Source: an uncultured virus (IMG/VR IMGVR_UViG_3300047546_001190) (Duplodnaviria; Heunggongvirae; Uroviricota; Caudoviricetes). From it: DNA of 64,000 nucleotides. The notes under the pieces were generated by a model. The model searched no databases. It was not told the DNA's origin and saw only the letters and a list, made by a program, of their open reading frames with translations. This document shows positions 1 to 10,302 of this stretch, piece by piece. The position numbers were made by a program, and so were the translations under genes. Every line of letters begins with the position of its first letter. Position 1 is the stretch's first letter. The stretch is taken from IMG/VR virus record IMGVR_UViG_3300047546_001190; one strand, written 5' to 3'.

Positions 1-1950
1 ATTCAAGGTTTCACAGGTATTCAAGGTGATGTTGGTTCTCAAGGAACTCAAGGTACACAAGGTCTTCAAGGATTACAGGGAACTCAAGGATTACAGGGCA
101 CACAAGGCGAACAAGGTGCTCAAGGTGAGGTAGGTTCTCAAGGTCTTCAAGGAACCCAAGGTACACAGGGAACTCAAGGAATTATTGGTATTCAAGGTGA
201 ACTTGGTTTACAAGGAACTGTAGGAGAAACTGGTGCTCAAGGTGCTACTGGTTCTCAAGGTTTTGTTGGTTCTCAAGGAACAACAGGTTTGCAAGGTTTG
301 ACTGGAGAAACTGGTGCTCAAGGTGCTACTGGTTCTCAAGGTGCTCAAGGAACAGATGGTATTCAAGGAACACAAGGATTACAGGGAGAGTTAGGAGCAC
401 AAGGAACATCAGGTATTCAAGGTGATGTTGGAGCACAAGGATCCGTTGGTGCTCAAGGTATTTCTGGTATTCAAGGAACCTCAGGTATTCAAGGTCTTGC
501 TGGTGTCCAAGGTGATGCTGGTATTCAAGGAACTCAAGGATTAGAGGGATCACAAGGAACTCAGGGAACTCAGGGAACTCAAGGAGTACAAGGTCTTCAG
601 GGAACTCAAGGTATTATTGGTATTCAAGGCACTCAAGGAACTCAAGGTGTTCAAGGTGCTGAGGGTAGTTTTGGTGGTGCTGCTTTTGATTATACTTTTG
701 ATAGTTCAACAGTTGATAGTGATCCAGGACAGGGTAAATTAAGACTCAATCAAACTGGAATTACTACTGCAAATTATCTTTATATTCATCAAGATGATGA
801 TAATTTTGTAGATATTACAAGTTTCCTTCAAACAATTGATGATTCTACATCAAACATCAAAGGTCACTTTACGATTGCTCAAAAAGGTAATCAGGCAAAC
901 TTTGGTCTATTCTCAATCGTAGGACTTCATACTGAATATACCAATTACTTTGCTGTTCCGATCGCATATGTTTCTGGTATTACTACCTCATTTGCAAATA
1001 ATCTTGATATTATCATTACTTTTGCAAGAACTGGTGATAAAGGTGACACTGGAGCACAAGGTACTCAAGGAACTATTGGATCTCAAGGATCCGTTGGTGC
1101 TCAAGGAACTCAGGGAATTCAAGGAACAGTAGGTATTCAAGGTGATCTAGGTTCCCAAGGTTCTGTTGGATCACAAGGATCTACAGGTTCTCAAGGAACA
1201 ACAGGTATTCAAGGTGATGTTGGAGCACAAGGAACAACAGGTATTCAAGGTAATGTTGGTGCTCAAGGAACTCAAGGAACTCAAGGATCAGTAGGTGCTC
1301 AAGGTGTTCTTGGTTTACAAGGAACTGTAGGAGAAATCGGTGCCCAAGGTTCTATTGGTATTCAAGGTGACGTAGGTTCTCAAGGTTCTATTGGTGTTCA
1401 AGGAACTCAGGGAACATTAGGATCTCAAGGAACTGTAGGACAAACTGGTGCTCAAGGTGCTACTGGTTCTCAAGGTTTCGTTGGTTCTCAAGGAACAGCA
1501 GGTACTCAAGGTTCTATTGGAATTCAAGGATCCACAGGTACTCAAGGTTCTATTGGATCTCAAGGAACACAAGGAACTTTAGGTGTCCAAGGATCAGCAG
1601 GTATTCAAGGTGCTCAAGGTATTCAAGGTGGACTGAGTGCTCAAGGACTTGCAGGTTCTCAAGGTGCTCAAGGTATTCAAGGTGGATTGAGTGCTCAAGG
1701 TAATGTAGGATCTCAAGGTTCTCCAGGTGCTCAAGGTAATGTAGGTTCTCAAGGTTCTGTTGGAGCACAAGGAACATCAGGAACACAGGGACAGATTGGT
1801 GCTCAAGGTATTACTGGTTCTCAAGGTTCTCAAGGTTCTGTTGGAGCACAAGGATCTACAGGTTCTCAAGGTACTCAAGGAACTTCAGGTACTCAAGGCA
1901 CTCAGGGATTACAAGGAACTCAGGGAACTCAAGGTTTAGTTGGACCAGTA
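1..1950 (+). repeat. Coding 9-bp-period collagen repeats (ggN NNN caa), two blocks
   Basis: Visible periodicity with internally duplicated segments. Confidence 0.9.
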
Positions 1951-2748
1951 GCAGGTACTAATTCTCAAGTTATTTACAACAATAATAACGTTTCTGCAGG
2001 TGCAACTAACTTTGTTTATGATGCCACAAACCAAAGAGTTGGTATAGGAACCACAAATCCATCAACAACTCTCGAAGTTACTGGAGAAATTACATCGGGA
2101 AGAGTAAACACTACTCAAGAAGGTGGGCAGATAAACTTTAAAAGAGCAATAGATAATGTAACAGCATATTCAATTGATGTTTATAATGATGTTGGTCTTG
2201 GATTAACTCCAAGAATGAGATTTATTGATAATATTGCTGGTGCAGAAAGAGCAGTAATTGATAAGGCAGGCAATTTTATCATAGGTGCTGGAACCTCAAC
2301 AGGAACAGCATCACAATTACTTCAAGTTAATAGTGGTGCTTATGTTTCTGGTTCTGTTGGTATTGGAACCATAAATCCAACACAAAAACTTCATGTTGTT
2401 GGTATTATAACTGCAACTCAGGTAAATGATGCTGGTGGAAATCTCAGATCTCTACCGAATAGTGGAATTACTACATCATACACACTAGTAGCAGGAGATG
2501 TTGGAGAACTTATAAATATTACCGTTGGTGGTGTAACCGTTCCTTCTGGTATCTTCTCAGCAGGAAACTCAATTACTATATACAATAACTCAGCAGCATC
2601 ACAAACAATCACTCAAGGTGCTGGTGTTACTTTAAGATTGGCTGGAGTAACTACAACAGGAAATAGAACTTTAAGTCAAAGAGGAGTAGCAAATGTATTA
2701 TGCGTTGCCTCTAATGAATTTGTAATTTCAGGAGCAGGACTTTCATGA
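1..2748 (+). CDS. Collagen-like tail fibre protein (5' partial; frame is open from base 1)
   Basis: Long Gly-X-Y (mostly Gly-X-Gln) runs, a globular insert at about 661-1030, and C-terminal RVGIGTTNP/VGIGTINP fibre motifs. Confidence 0.85.
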   Translation: MQGFTGIQGDVGSQGTQGTQGLQGLQGTQGLQGTQGEQGAQGEVGSQGLQGTQGTQGTQGIIGIQGELGLQGTVGETGAQGATGSQGFVGSQGTTGLQGLTGETGAQGATGSQGAQGTDGIQGTQGLQGELGAQGTSGIQGDVGAQGSVGAQGISGIQGTSGIQGLAGVQGDAGIQGTQGLEGSQGTQGTQGTQGVQGLQGTQGIIGIQGTQGTQGVQGAEGSFGGAAFDYTFDSSTVDSDPGQGKLRLNQTGITTANYLYIHQDDDNFVDITSFLQTIDDSTSNIKGHFTIAQKGNQANFGLFSIVGLHTEYTNYFAVPIAYVSGITTSFANNLDIIITFARTGDKGDTGAQGTQGTIGSQGSVGAQGTQGIQGTVGIQGDLGSQGSVGSQGSTGSQGTTGIQGDVGAQGTTGIQGNVGAQGTQGTQGSVGAQGVLGLQGTVGEIGAQGSIGIQGDVGSQGSIGVQGTQGTLGSQGTVGQTGAQGATGSQGFVGSQGTAGTQGSIGIQGSTGTQGSIGSQGTQGTLGVQGSAGIQGAQGIQGGLSAQGLAGSQGAQGIQGGLSAQGNVGSQGSPGAQGNVGSQGSVGAQGTSGTQGQIGAQGITGSQGSQGSVGAQGSTGSQGTQGTSGTQGTQGLQGTQGTQGLVGPVAGTNSQVIYNNNNVSAGATNFVYDATNQRVGIGTTNPSTTLEVTGEITSGRVNTTQEGGQINFKRAIDNVTAYSIDVYNDVGLGLTPRMRFIDNIAGAERAVIDKAGNFIIGAGTSTGTASQLLQVNSGAYVSGSVGIGTINPTQKLHVVGIITATQVNDAGGNLRSLPNSGITTSYTLVAGDVGELINITVGGVTVPSGIFSAGNSITIYNNSAASQTITQGAGVTLRLAGVTTTGNRTLSQRGVANVLCVASNEFVISGAGLS

Positions 2749-3683
2749 GTTCAGGTATAATTCAAACTATAATACAAACTAGTGATTTATTCTTTGAAAT
2801 AACAGCAAATCAAACTAATCTTGATATAAAAACTTTAGTTGGTGATATTTTATATAATGCCGCCTATCGCAAAAGAGTTATTATTCCTGCTGCAGTTACT
2901 GTTGGAAGTGCAACAACCGCAACTGCAGCAGTAACAATACCAACAGGACTTGGTGGTTCACTTTTTATTGATAATTATGGATCTATCCAAGGCGCAGGAG
3001 GGGTTGCGGGTGTTGGGGATGGTATCGGTGGAGATGCTATTTTAGCACAATCAACTTGCACGATTGAAAATAAACCAACAGGAACCATTTATGCGGGTGG
3101 TGGTGCTGGTGGCACAGGTGGTACAGGTGGTCAGGGTGGTCCCGGACAAATTCCCGGAAGTCCAGTTACTGTGTTTGGATATAATTATTGTGTAATAAGA
3201 AATTGTAGTACACAATCCACTCCGTTTTATTGTGCTCCTGGATATACAACCTTTGTATCTTGCGATTTTTTTAGTCCTAGATGTCCGCCAACAGTTACAA
3301 ATAGATATAGTGCATATTGCTCTGTAGTTGTTCCTGGTCCACCAACTCCAACAACGGGAGGAGCTGGTGGTGCAGGAGGTGCGGGAGGTAATGGTAGAGG
3401 ATATAATCAAGCACCAACATCTGGTATTCTCGGATCTTCTGGATTGGCAGGTGGTACTAATGCAGGAACAGGGGGATCTGGTGGACAAGGTGGTACCGGA
3501 GGAGATTGGGGCACTCAGGGTAACACTGGAGCAACTGGAGCAACTGGAGCAAATGGTAATGTTGGAGCTGGATTAGCAGGATCAGTAGGAACTGCTGGAG
3601 GATTGGCAGGTTACTATATAAATGGATTATCAACATATGTCACACTTACAAATAACGGCACAGTTGCTGGGAGAACAAATTAA
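2745..3683 (+). CDS. Glycine-rich tail fibre tip/adhesin-like protein
   Basis: Polyglycine motifs (NYGSIQGAGG, IYAGGGAGGTGG) flank a Cys-rich insert; directly follows the fibre gene. Confidence 0.6.
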   Translation: MSSGIIQTIIQTSDLFFEITANQTNLDIKTLVGDILYNAAYRKRVIIPAAVTVGSATTATAAVTIPTGLGGSLFIDNYGSIQGAGGVAGVGDGIGGDAILAQSTCTIENKPTGTIYAGGGAGGTGGTGGQGGPGQIPGSPVTVFGYNYCVIRNCSTQSTPFYCAPGYTTFVSCDFFSPRCPPTVTNRYSAYCSVVVPGPPTPTTGGAGGAGGAGGNGRGYNQAPTSGILGSSGLAGGTNAGTGGSGGQGGTGGDWGTQGNTGATGATGANGNVGAGLAGSVGTAGGLAGYYINGLSTYVTLTNNGTVAGRTN

Positions 3684-4177
3684 TGGCAATACAATATACA
3701 GTTAGAGAAATCTCTACATCATCAATTACTGTCGATTATGCAGATGGATCTTGGGCTATTGTCCCAATTCATTATGGGATGACAAAACAAGAAATAGAAG
3801 ATAATATTGGAAACTTTCAACCATCGGCAAATAAATTTAACTCTTTAGATGAAATTCCATTTACCGTTGGTGAATCTGGAGAAGCATCAAGTCTGGCAGA
3901 AAGAGATCTAATAAGAAAAAAAGAAATTGAAAGAAAAATAGAAGCAGAAAACAATCAAATTCTCACTTATGCGGATTTTAGATTAGATAATTATCCACCT
4001 ATAGGAGATCAACTTGATGCTCTTTATTGGGCACGACAAGGTAATGATGATTTTATTAAGAAAATTGATCAAGAAATTCAAACTGTTAAAGAACAATATC
4101 CTAAAGATATGGATCCAATTACATTAGTAGAATATAATCAAATTATTAAAGGAGCCGCTAATGATGTCTTGGGTTGA
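3683..4177 (+). CDS. Tail fibre-associated/assembly-like protein
   Basis: YPPIGDQLDALY motif common in fibre-associated phage ORFs; coupled to the upstream gene. Confidence 0.5.
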   Translation: MAIQYTVREISTSSITVDYADGSWAIVPIHYGMTKQEIEDNIGNFQPSANKFNSLDEIPFTVGESGEASSLAERDLIRKKEIERKIEAENNQILTYADFRLDNYPPIGDQLDALYWARQGNDDFIKKIDQEIQTVKEQYPKDMDPITLVEYNQIIKGAANDVLG

Positions 4178-4328
4178 AGATCTGAAAAATCGGGTTAGGG
4201 AAAGAATGACTATTTGTAAAAATTGTCCTGATTTTTTACCGTCATCCCAAAGATGCTCTATATGTGGATGCTTTGTAGTTGCAAAGAGTTCTATACCATC
4301 ATCAAAGTGCCCTAAAAGTTATTGGTAG
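4161..4328 (+). CDS. Small Cys-rich protein (DUF6171-like), 55 aa
   Basis: Hand-translated: RxxICxxC...CxxCGC...K...CP...W. Confidence 0.6.
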   Translation: MMSWVEDLKNRVRERMTICKNCPDFLPSSQRCSICGCFVVAKSSIPSSKCPKSYW

Positions 4329-4356
4329 AAAAATTTATAATGCTTTTAAATTTTTC

Positions 4357-4364
4357 AATAAATA
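4357..4364 (+). promoter_or_regulatory. T4-type late promoter variant
   Basis: AATAAATA upstream of the ATG at 4388. Confidence 0.5.
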
Positions 4365-4387
4365 CCGTTAAGAACACATAATGGTTT

Positions 4388-5353
4388 ATGAATTTTGTAA
4401 AATTTGCTCTTGAAAATGGTGGTACAATCAAACCTTTACTCATTCCAGCAGAACACACGAATGGTACGGGTCTTTGTAATCCATCAGTTTTCGTAGAGGA
4501 CGATAAAGTATTAGTTAATGTCCGTCATATTCAATATACTCTATATCATTCGGAGTTAAACAAATATGAACACCAATACGGTCCATTAGTTTATCTCAAT
4601 CCAGAGAACGATATTACACTCACAACAACCAATTTTATTTGCGAGTTAGATGAGAATCTGGACATTTCTTACTGGTCAAAGGTGGACACTTCTGCTTTTG
4701 ACCAGAAACCTTTATGGGAATTTGTTGGACTTGAAGATGCAAGATTGGTGAAGTGGAATGATAGGTTTTACCTAACTGGTGTTCGTAGAGATTTGGATAC
4801 GATTGGTACAGGAAGAATGGAACTTTCTGAACTTGAATTTGCAGAAGATTCAGTTAAAGAAGTTTCAAGATTTCGTATTCCTGGACCACCACCAGATAAT
4901 GAATATTGCAACAAGAATTGGATGCCTATTCTAGACCAACCTTTTCACTATGTGAAGTGGACTAATGGGACACAAGTTGTCAAAGTTATTCCAGAAGAAA
5001 ATCGCACAGAGACTGTAGTTCTTAAGGATTGGGTTCAAGCACCAAAAGATTTAAGAGGTGGTTCTCAAGTTCTACCATATAAAGATGGATACCTAACAAT
5101 CAATCACGAGACTGATTTGTTTAAGTCGGAAGCAGGAAGAAAGAATGCAACCTACCGTCATAAGTTTACATACTGGGATAAGGATTGGAACATCCAGAAG
5201 TTCTCTCCAGTATTCTCATTCTTAGAGGGACAAATTGAATTTTGTTGCGGAATGGCAAAGTATCAAAATGATTATCTACTTACTTTTGGATTCCAAGATA
5301 ATGCTGCATATATTTTAAAAGTTCCTGGTCATTTGATGGAGGAGTTTGTATGA
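4388..5353 (+). CDS. Beta-propeller glycosidase/phosphorylase-like protein (GH130/GH43-like)
   Basis: NPS, GLEDARL, KNWMP and RGGSQ motifs. Confidence 0.6.
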   Translation: MNFVKFALENGGTIKPLLIPAEHTNGTGLCNPSVFVEDDKVLVNVRHIQYTLYHSELNKYEHQYGPLVYLNPENDITLTTTNFICELDENLDISYWSKVDTSAFDQKPLWEFVGLEDARLVKWNDRFYLTGVRRDLDTIGTGRMELSELEFAEDSVKEVSRFRIPGPPPDNEYCNKNWMPILDQPFHYVKWTNGTQVVKVIPEENRTETVVLKDWVQAPKDLRGGSQVLPYKDGYLTINHETDLFKSEAGRKNATYRHKFTYWDKDWNIQKFSPVFSFLEGQIEFCCGMAKYQNDYLLTFGFQDNAAYILKVPGHLMEEFV

Positions 5354-7305
5354 AACTGAAAGGATTGCCATCAGTTCGTTATGTCACATTAGAAGACGAT
5401 ACTTTAAGGCAAAATATACTTACAAAACAATTTAAAAAATATAATATCACTCCTATTCCTATCAAGTCCAAGAGATTTGCAGAGTCTGATGATATTATCA
5501 CTGGAAAGTATGTAGATAGTCTGACTGACCCAGTGAAAGGTTGTACTGTATCACATCTAAAAGCATTTAAGGATTGGTATTACAATACAGATGAACCTTA
5601 TGGATTCTTCTGTGAAGATGATTTATCTCTTGAAACTGTAGAACACTGGAACTTTACTTGGGAAGAATTTGTCAATAATCTTCCAAGTGACTGGGAAGCA
5701 GTTCAACTTCTCACAATACGGGGAGAATTCAATAAAATTTGTTTACGAGAGAGATATTGGAATGATTGGGCAATTACTGCATATATTCTCAAGAGAGATT
5801 ATGTAAAACGTATCATTCAGCACTGTTGTATTGGTGAAACTTATAATCTCGAAGTAAAAGACAGTGAAATTATGCCAATCGGTGAAAATTTATTCTTCAC
5901 CAACTTTGGAAAAGTTTATACCTGTCCATTATTTGTAGAGAACACAAAAATTGAATCTACAAATCGTAACGATACCGAATTAGAAAATGGACAAAAACCA
6001 AATCACTATTTTTCCTCGTGGCATATTTCAAACTGGTGGAAAGAAAACAAAGCAGACATTAGAACAATTATGAATATTCCAAATAATCCTTTAATTGCAT
6101 ATGCATTTGATACGGAAAATCCAATAAAAAATTTTGAACTCGCAAGATGGTATCATTCGCAAAAACAAACTGCTTCTGCAATTTCTTATTACTTAAGAGC
6201 AGCAGATCGCACAGAGGATTCGTTGCTTGCTTATGAATGTTTGCTTCATATGGCGTCTTGTTTCCACGATCAAAAGAATAGAAGTTATACAGTCAAAGGA
6301 TTATATCAACACGCAATCAATCTTCTTCCAAAGAGACCAGAAGCATATTTCCTTCTTGCAAGACACGAAGAATGGAATAAGATGTATTCTGATTCCTATA
6401 CCACTGCAACACTAGGACTCAATACCTGTGATTTTGACTTAGAACCTTTACCAACATTCACAGATTATCCTGGTAAATATGGACTGATCTTTGAAAAGGC
6501 AGTGTGTTCTTATTGGTGGGGTAAATCACAAGAATGTCGTGATCTTTTCCAAGAACTGAAAAATAATTATGAACTTGACAAAAAACACTATGACTTAGTG
6601 GCGATGAATCTTCAGAATCTTGGTTGCTGGGTTCCAAAGAGTATCAAGTATGAGAAATCAAAATATCAAGAATTTAAATATAAGTTTCCTGGACTAGAAA
6701 ATATTGAGAAGAGTAATGGTCAAGCATTACAAGATATGTTTATCTTATCAATTTTGAATGGAAAGAGAAATGGAACTTATCTAGAGATTGGAGCACAAGA
6801 ACCAATCTTCCAAAATAACAGTGCTATCTTGGAAAAAGACTTTGATTGGAAAGGAGTTTCTGTTGAAATTCTTGAAAATCTTTGTAAGATATTTGCTGAA
6901 CAAAGAAGTAATCCAATTATTTGTAAGGATGCAACAACAATTGATTATGAGAAACTTTTGGATGAACACTTTGATACAAAGGAAATTGATTATCTACAGT
7001 TAGACTGTGAGCCCTCTAAAACTACATTTGAGATTCTTACATCAATTCCCTTTGATCAGTATAAGTTTGCTGTGATCACTTATGAACACGATCATTATGT
7101 GGATATGACATCAACTTATCGTACAAAATCCAGAAATTATCTAAAGTCTTGTGGTTATGAGTTAGTTGTAACAAATGTATCACAGGATGATAAGACACCA
7201 TTTGAAGATTGGTGGGTACATCCAGATCTTGTATACCAAGAAACAATTGAAAAGTTCAAAAGTATTAAAGAAGTGACTGATGTAAGAGATTATTTCTATC
7301 AGTAG
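5350..7305 (+). CDS. Fusion: GT25-like glycosyltransferase + TPR + FkbM-like methyltransferase
   Basis: GCTVSHL...CEDD (GT25); helical repeats with PKRPEAY; YLEIGA...IDYLQLDCE...ITYEHD...EDWW (FkbM-like). Confidence 0.7.
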   Translation: MKLKGLPSVRYVTLEDDTLRQNILTKQFKKYNITPIPIKSKRFAESDDIITGKYVDSLTDPVKGCTVSHLKAFKDWYYNTDEPYGFFCEDDLSLETVEHWNFTWEEFVNNLPSDWEAVQLLTIRGEFNKICLRERYWNDWAITAYILKRDYVKRIIQHCCIGETYNLEVKDSEIMPIGENLFFTNFGKVYTCPLFVENTKIESTNRNDTELENGQKPNHYFSSWHISNWWKENKADIRTIMNIPNNPLIAYAFDTENPIKNFELARWYHSQKQTASAISYYLRAADRTEDSLLAYECLLHMASCFHDQKNRSYTVKGLYQHAINLLPKRPEAYFLLARHEEWNKMYSDSYTTATLGLNTCDFDLEPLPTFTDYPGKYGLIFEKAVCSYWWGKSQECRDLFQELKNNYELDKKHYDLVAMNLQNLGCWVPKSIKYEKSKYQEFKYKFPGLENIEKSNGQALQDMFILSILNGKRNGTYLEIGAQEPIFQNNSAILEKDFDWKGVSVEILENLCKIFAEQRSNPIICKDATTIDYEKLLDEHFDTKEIDYLQLDCEPSKTTFEILTSIPFDQYKFAVITYEHDHYVDMTSTYRTKSRNYLKSCGYELVVTNVSQDDKTPFEDWWVHPDLVYQETIEKFKSIKEVTDVRDYFYQ

Positions 7306-7360
7306 ACACTTCCAGAACTGACCACCGATATCCCCCACATCAACCTGGGGGGTTTATAGT
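7305..7360 (+). promoter_or_regulatory. Class-II early promoter-like element, copy 1
   Basis: GACACTT-n4-AACTGACC, then a CCCCC/GGGGG hairpin, then TATAGT; starts at the upstream stop codon. Confidence 0.55.
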
Positions 7361-7380
7361 AGGTGGAGACACATGAAACC

Positions 7381-7485
7381 ATGAGGTACTCCACATTAGA
7401 CAGATTGATTTTTGTCACATCCTTCATCTGGATGATCCACTGGGGTGTTAAAGTATCTGAGGCAGCACTGAACGCATTATTCTGA
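7381..7485 (+). CDS. Small hydrophobic hypothetical protein, 34 aa
   Basis: Hand-translated; stop overlaps the next ATG. Confidence 0.45.
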   Translation: MRYSTLDRLIFVTSFIWMIHWGVKVSEAALNALF

Positions 7486-7922
7486 TGCTTACATTATACA
7501 CAAGTGGGTACAACTATAGCAAGAGGCGTTGTACTAAGGTTGTTGAATGGTTCATTTCTAAACATCTGCCACGACATAAACTTGAGATCGTTGTCAATCA
7601 TCGTGGGATGTTGCGTGATGGAGTTTATGGTTGGGTTGGTGTGACTGATTGTGATTATCGTCCAAGATCTTTTGAGATTGAACTACACAATCAGATGACT
7701 CCAGAACATTACACCACAGTGCTTCTACATGAACTCTGGCATGTTTATCAGCACGTTATGGGTGCTCTTAAGGATAAGAGAGGAAAGAGGTACTGGAGGG
7801 GCATAGACCACTCTCAGACGGACTATTCTGAGCAACCATGGGAGGTACAAGCATTTCAAATGGAAGAAGTGCTCTATGAAGAATACCTAAACTACTTGAC
7901 AGATACCCATCAAACACTCTAG
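7485..7922 (+). CDS. Zincin-like (HExxH) metallopeptidase
   Basis: LLHELWHVYQH and PWEVQA. Confidence 0.65.
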   Translation: MLTLYTSGYNYSKRRCTKVVEWFISKHLPRHKLEIVVNHRGMLRDGVYGWVGVTDCDYRPRSFEIELHNQMTPEHYTTVLLHELWHVYQHVMGALKDKRGKRYWRGIDHSQTDYSEQPWEVQAFQMEEVLYEEYLNYLTDTHQTL

Positions 7923-7925
7923 ACT
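7896..7925 (+). promoter_or_regulatory. Sigma70-type promoter
   Basis: TTGACA-18-TAGACT. Confidence 0.55.
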
Positions 7926-7971
7926 ACCTTTGTTGGGTTTGAAGATCAGACTCTAAGTTCTTAAAAACATC

Positions 7972-8172
7972 ATGAAAACCAAGAAACAATTCGTTAACAT
8001 CAAACCTAAAAGTTCTAAGGCACAGAACAGATTTGCAAACCTTATGGATTCTCTTCATGCTATGCGTGTTGAGCAGGAGACTGATGAAATGTTCTTCTTA
8101 GCATCCATCAATCGCAAATACTTTACATGGGTTCCTAAAACTGGAAACGAACACTGGGAAATTATCAAATGA
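7972..8172 (+). CDS. Hypothetical protein
   Basis: ORF downstream of a promoter, coupled to the next gene. Confidence 0.7.
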   Translation: MKTKKQFVNIKPKSSKAQNRFANLMDSLHAMRVEQETDEMFFLASINRKYFTWVPKTGNEHWEIIK

Positions 8173-8522
8173 AAAAACTAATTGTTCTTACTTTACTCCT
8201 CTTTACTTCTCCTGTTTTTGCACAGGAAACATATCGTCCATTTCGTTATGAGACTGCATGTGGAATTGAAGAAGGTAATGAATTCTATGAAGACACATGT
8301 GTAGTAATTGAAACACGAGAACCAAATGGATCACTTCGCACTCGTAATATCTTTTCCAACAAGTTTGCACTGACAATTAAATCACGATTCGATAAAGTTA
8401 AAGGATTCGTCACATGGGATTCTCATAACAAATTTGAATACAAGTGGGATTATAAACTTGGTGGCAGTGGTTGGAGTTATGTAATGCCAGGAGTTCTTGT
8501 TGAAAATGTAAGTTGGGATTGA
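8169..8522 (+). CDS. Hypothetical protein with signal peptide
   Basis: MKKLIVLTLLLFTSPVFA N-terminus. Confidence 0.7.
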   Translation: MKKLIVLTLLLFTSPVFAQETYRPFRYETACGIEEGNEFYEDTCVVIETREPNGSLRTRNIFSNKFALTIKSRFDKVKGFVTWDSHNKFEYKWDYKLGGSGWSYVMPGVLVENVSWD

Positions 8523-8557
8523 TGATCTATTAAATAGTAATAGAATAGGAGAAAGTT

Positions 8558-8746
8558 ATGGTTGTATTCTTATCAACCATATTATCATGCTCCCAAGCTT
8601 TTGGACTTGTGAATAGAATCACAAATGTTGTTGGGTTAACTCCACAACAACGATTAGAAATTATTCAAGAAGTTCGTAAAGTAGTTCCGTCCTGTCCTGT
8701 AACCATTCAGAAAGATGTCCCAAAACAAACATCAGCAAGCAGTTGA
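8558..8746 (+). CDS. Hypothetical protein
   Basis: ATTAAATA late-like motif and AGGAG SD upstream. Confidence 0.65.
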   Translation: MVVFLSTILSCSQAFGLVNRITNVVGLTPQQRLEIIQEVRKVVPSCPVTIQKDVPKQTSASS

Positions 8747-8869
8747 CTTAATGATAGAAATGATATTCAGACATTATCCATTTCTAAAAAATGAAGCAAC
8801 AAAGCATGAATGTTCTTCGCAGTTGGACAGGGTGCAGGAACAACTCTTAGATTTTTTACATAAAATCAG

Positions 8870-9112
8870 ATGACAACATACTACCTTTGGTTGCTTATAT
8901 TTGCAATCTTTCTGTATCTTGTGGTTACAGATATGTCTATCGCACAGTTGATTGTTATTTGCAGTCAGTGGTGGAGATTGCAATATGAGAAACTCAAATG
9001 GTGGGTGTTGTATAATCCCGACAATCCAATTGTCAGGTGGAATATGCACAGAAAGTCCATGAAAATGGCAGAAGAACTGATGAAGGAGTTTGAACGTGAA
9101 AAAAATATTTAA
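8870..9112 (+). CDS. Hypothetical membrane protein
   Basis: N-terminal hydrophobic helix. Confidence 0.6.
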   Translation: MTTYYLWLLIFAIFLYLVVTDMSIAQLIVICSQWWRLQYEKLKWWVLYNPDNPIVRWNMHRKSMKMAEELMKEFEREKNI

Positions 9113-9686
9113 AGATATAGATGTTTATAGTATAAAAAACTACTTAGGTAAAATAAAAGATAAAGAAAAGATAACTGAATGTATTCGAAAAAATCAAATT
9201 GATAATTTTAAATTATCTAGTGGATATAACTTTCCAATAAGAACTGACTATAATAATTTTTTTCACAATCTTCAGTATAAAATACATCATGATTGTGAAA
9301 AAATATTTAACTTTACTGTATGCAATTATAGTAAAGATACATGTTATTGTTATATGTCTGATAGAAAAAATTATGCAGAAATATGGCACAATCACGTTAA
9401 AACTTCTACCATAAACACAGTTTATTATTTCAATATTCCGAAAAATAAAACATCTATAGATTTTTTATCTGAGAAAAATAAGAAAATTTATACTCATACA
9501 CCATTAACTGATGAACTTTTAATATTTCCGAATTACACATATCATAAACCAAATAGACCTCTTTATGATGGAGATAGAATTTCTATAAATTTTGAAATAT
9601 CGTGCAAAGAACTTTCTATAGAACTTTTTTCTAGAATTAAAAAATCAAACAAACTTTTAAATATTTTAAAATGGATACTAAAATGA
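9096..9686 (+). CDS. 2OG-Fe(II) oxygenase-like protein
   Basis: WHNH...VYY...IFP...H...RISINF pattern; GTG start after GGAG. Confidence 0.6.
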   Translation: MKKIFKDIDVYSIKNYLGKIKDKEKITECIRKNQIDNFKLSSGYNFPIRTDYNNFFHNLQYKIHHDCEKIFNFTVCNYSKDTCYCYMSDRKNYAEIWHNHVKTSTINTVYYFNIPKNKTSIDFLSEKNKKIYTHTPLTDELLIFPNYTYHKPNRPLYDGDRISINFEISCKELSIELFSRIKKSNKLLNILKWILK

Positions 9687-9889
9687 TCGAATGGATTGAT
9701 GATGCTTTTCGTGTAGAACAAAAGAAGTATGGACTTTGGGATTCTTATGATAAGGATGGCAAATGTATCATTACTGCACTTCATGAAGATGAATGTGTAA
9801 GAGCTACAAGATTTTACCTTAAGGGTAGACAAGAGGGATTCGGTGATGCTACAATCACTTATGATGGCACTGTAGGTGGTAAACTATGA
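9671..9889 (+). CDS. Hypothetical protein
   Basis: ORF ending YDGTVGGKL; tandem arrangement. Confidence 0.65.
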   Translation: MDTKMIEWIDDAFRVEQKKYGLWDSYDKDGKCIITALHEDECVRATRFYLKGRQEGFGDATITYDGTVGGKL

Positions 9890-10302
9890 CAACCCGTACA
9901 TTTGTAGATACTAATGGGAACTCTTGGGAGTGGGAAGAAACTAAGGAAACAGTTGCAGCAGTCAAAGAACTGAATAAGTTTGCTGGTAACTATCCTGGTC
10001 CTCTTTATGCTCCACATCCACATGTGAAAAGTGATGGAAAGTCTGCTTGATCGTATTGAGAAACTTGAACAAGAGAACATAGAAACTACAAATGTACTCT
10101 ATGAGATCTTAAATAAGTTAGAACTATTGGAGAACGATCATGTCTTACGATCTGACAGATTTCGAGAAAGCGATGGCTCTGTTTGCGAATAGAGTTGGCA
10201 TTATTGTAAATCTTGAGGTTGGTGATAAGATGACACCAGAAGAAGCATATAAGCAAATCAAACAAGAGTACAAGCAACTGAAAAAGATTCACAAAAAGAA
10301 CG

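Noticed and set aside
289..291. ORF-track start of the fibre gene at 289
   Set aside because: The frame is open and collagen-like from base 1, so the true start lies outside the window
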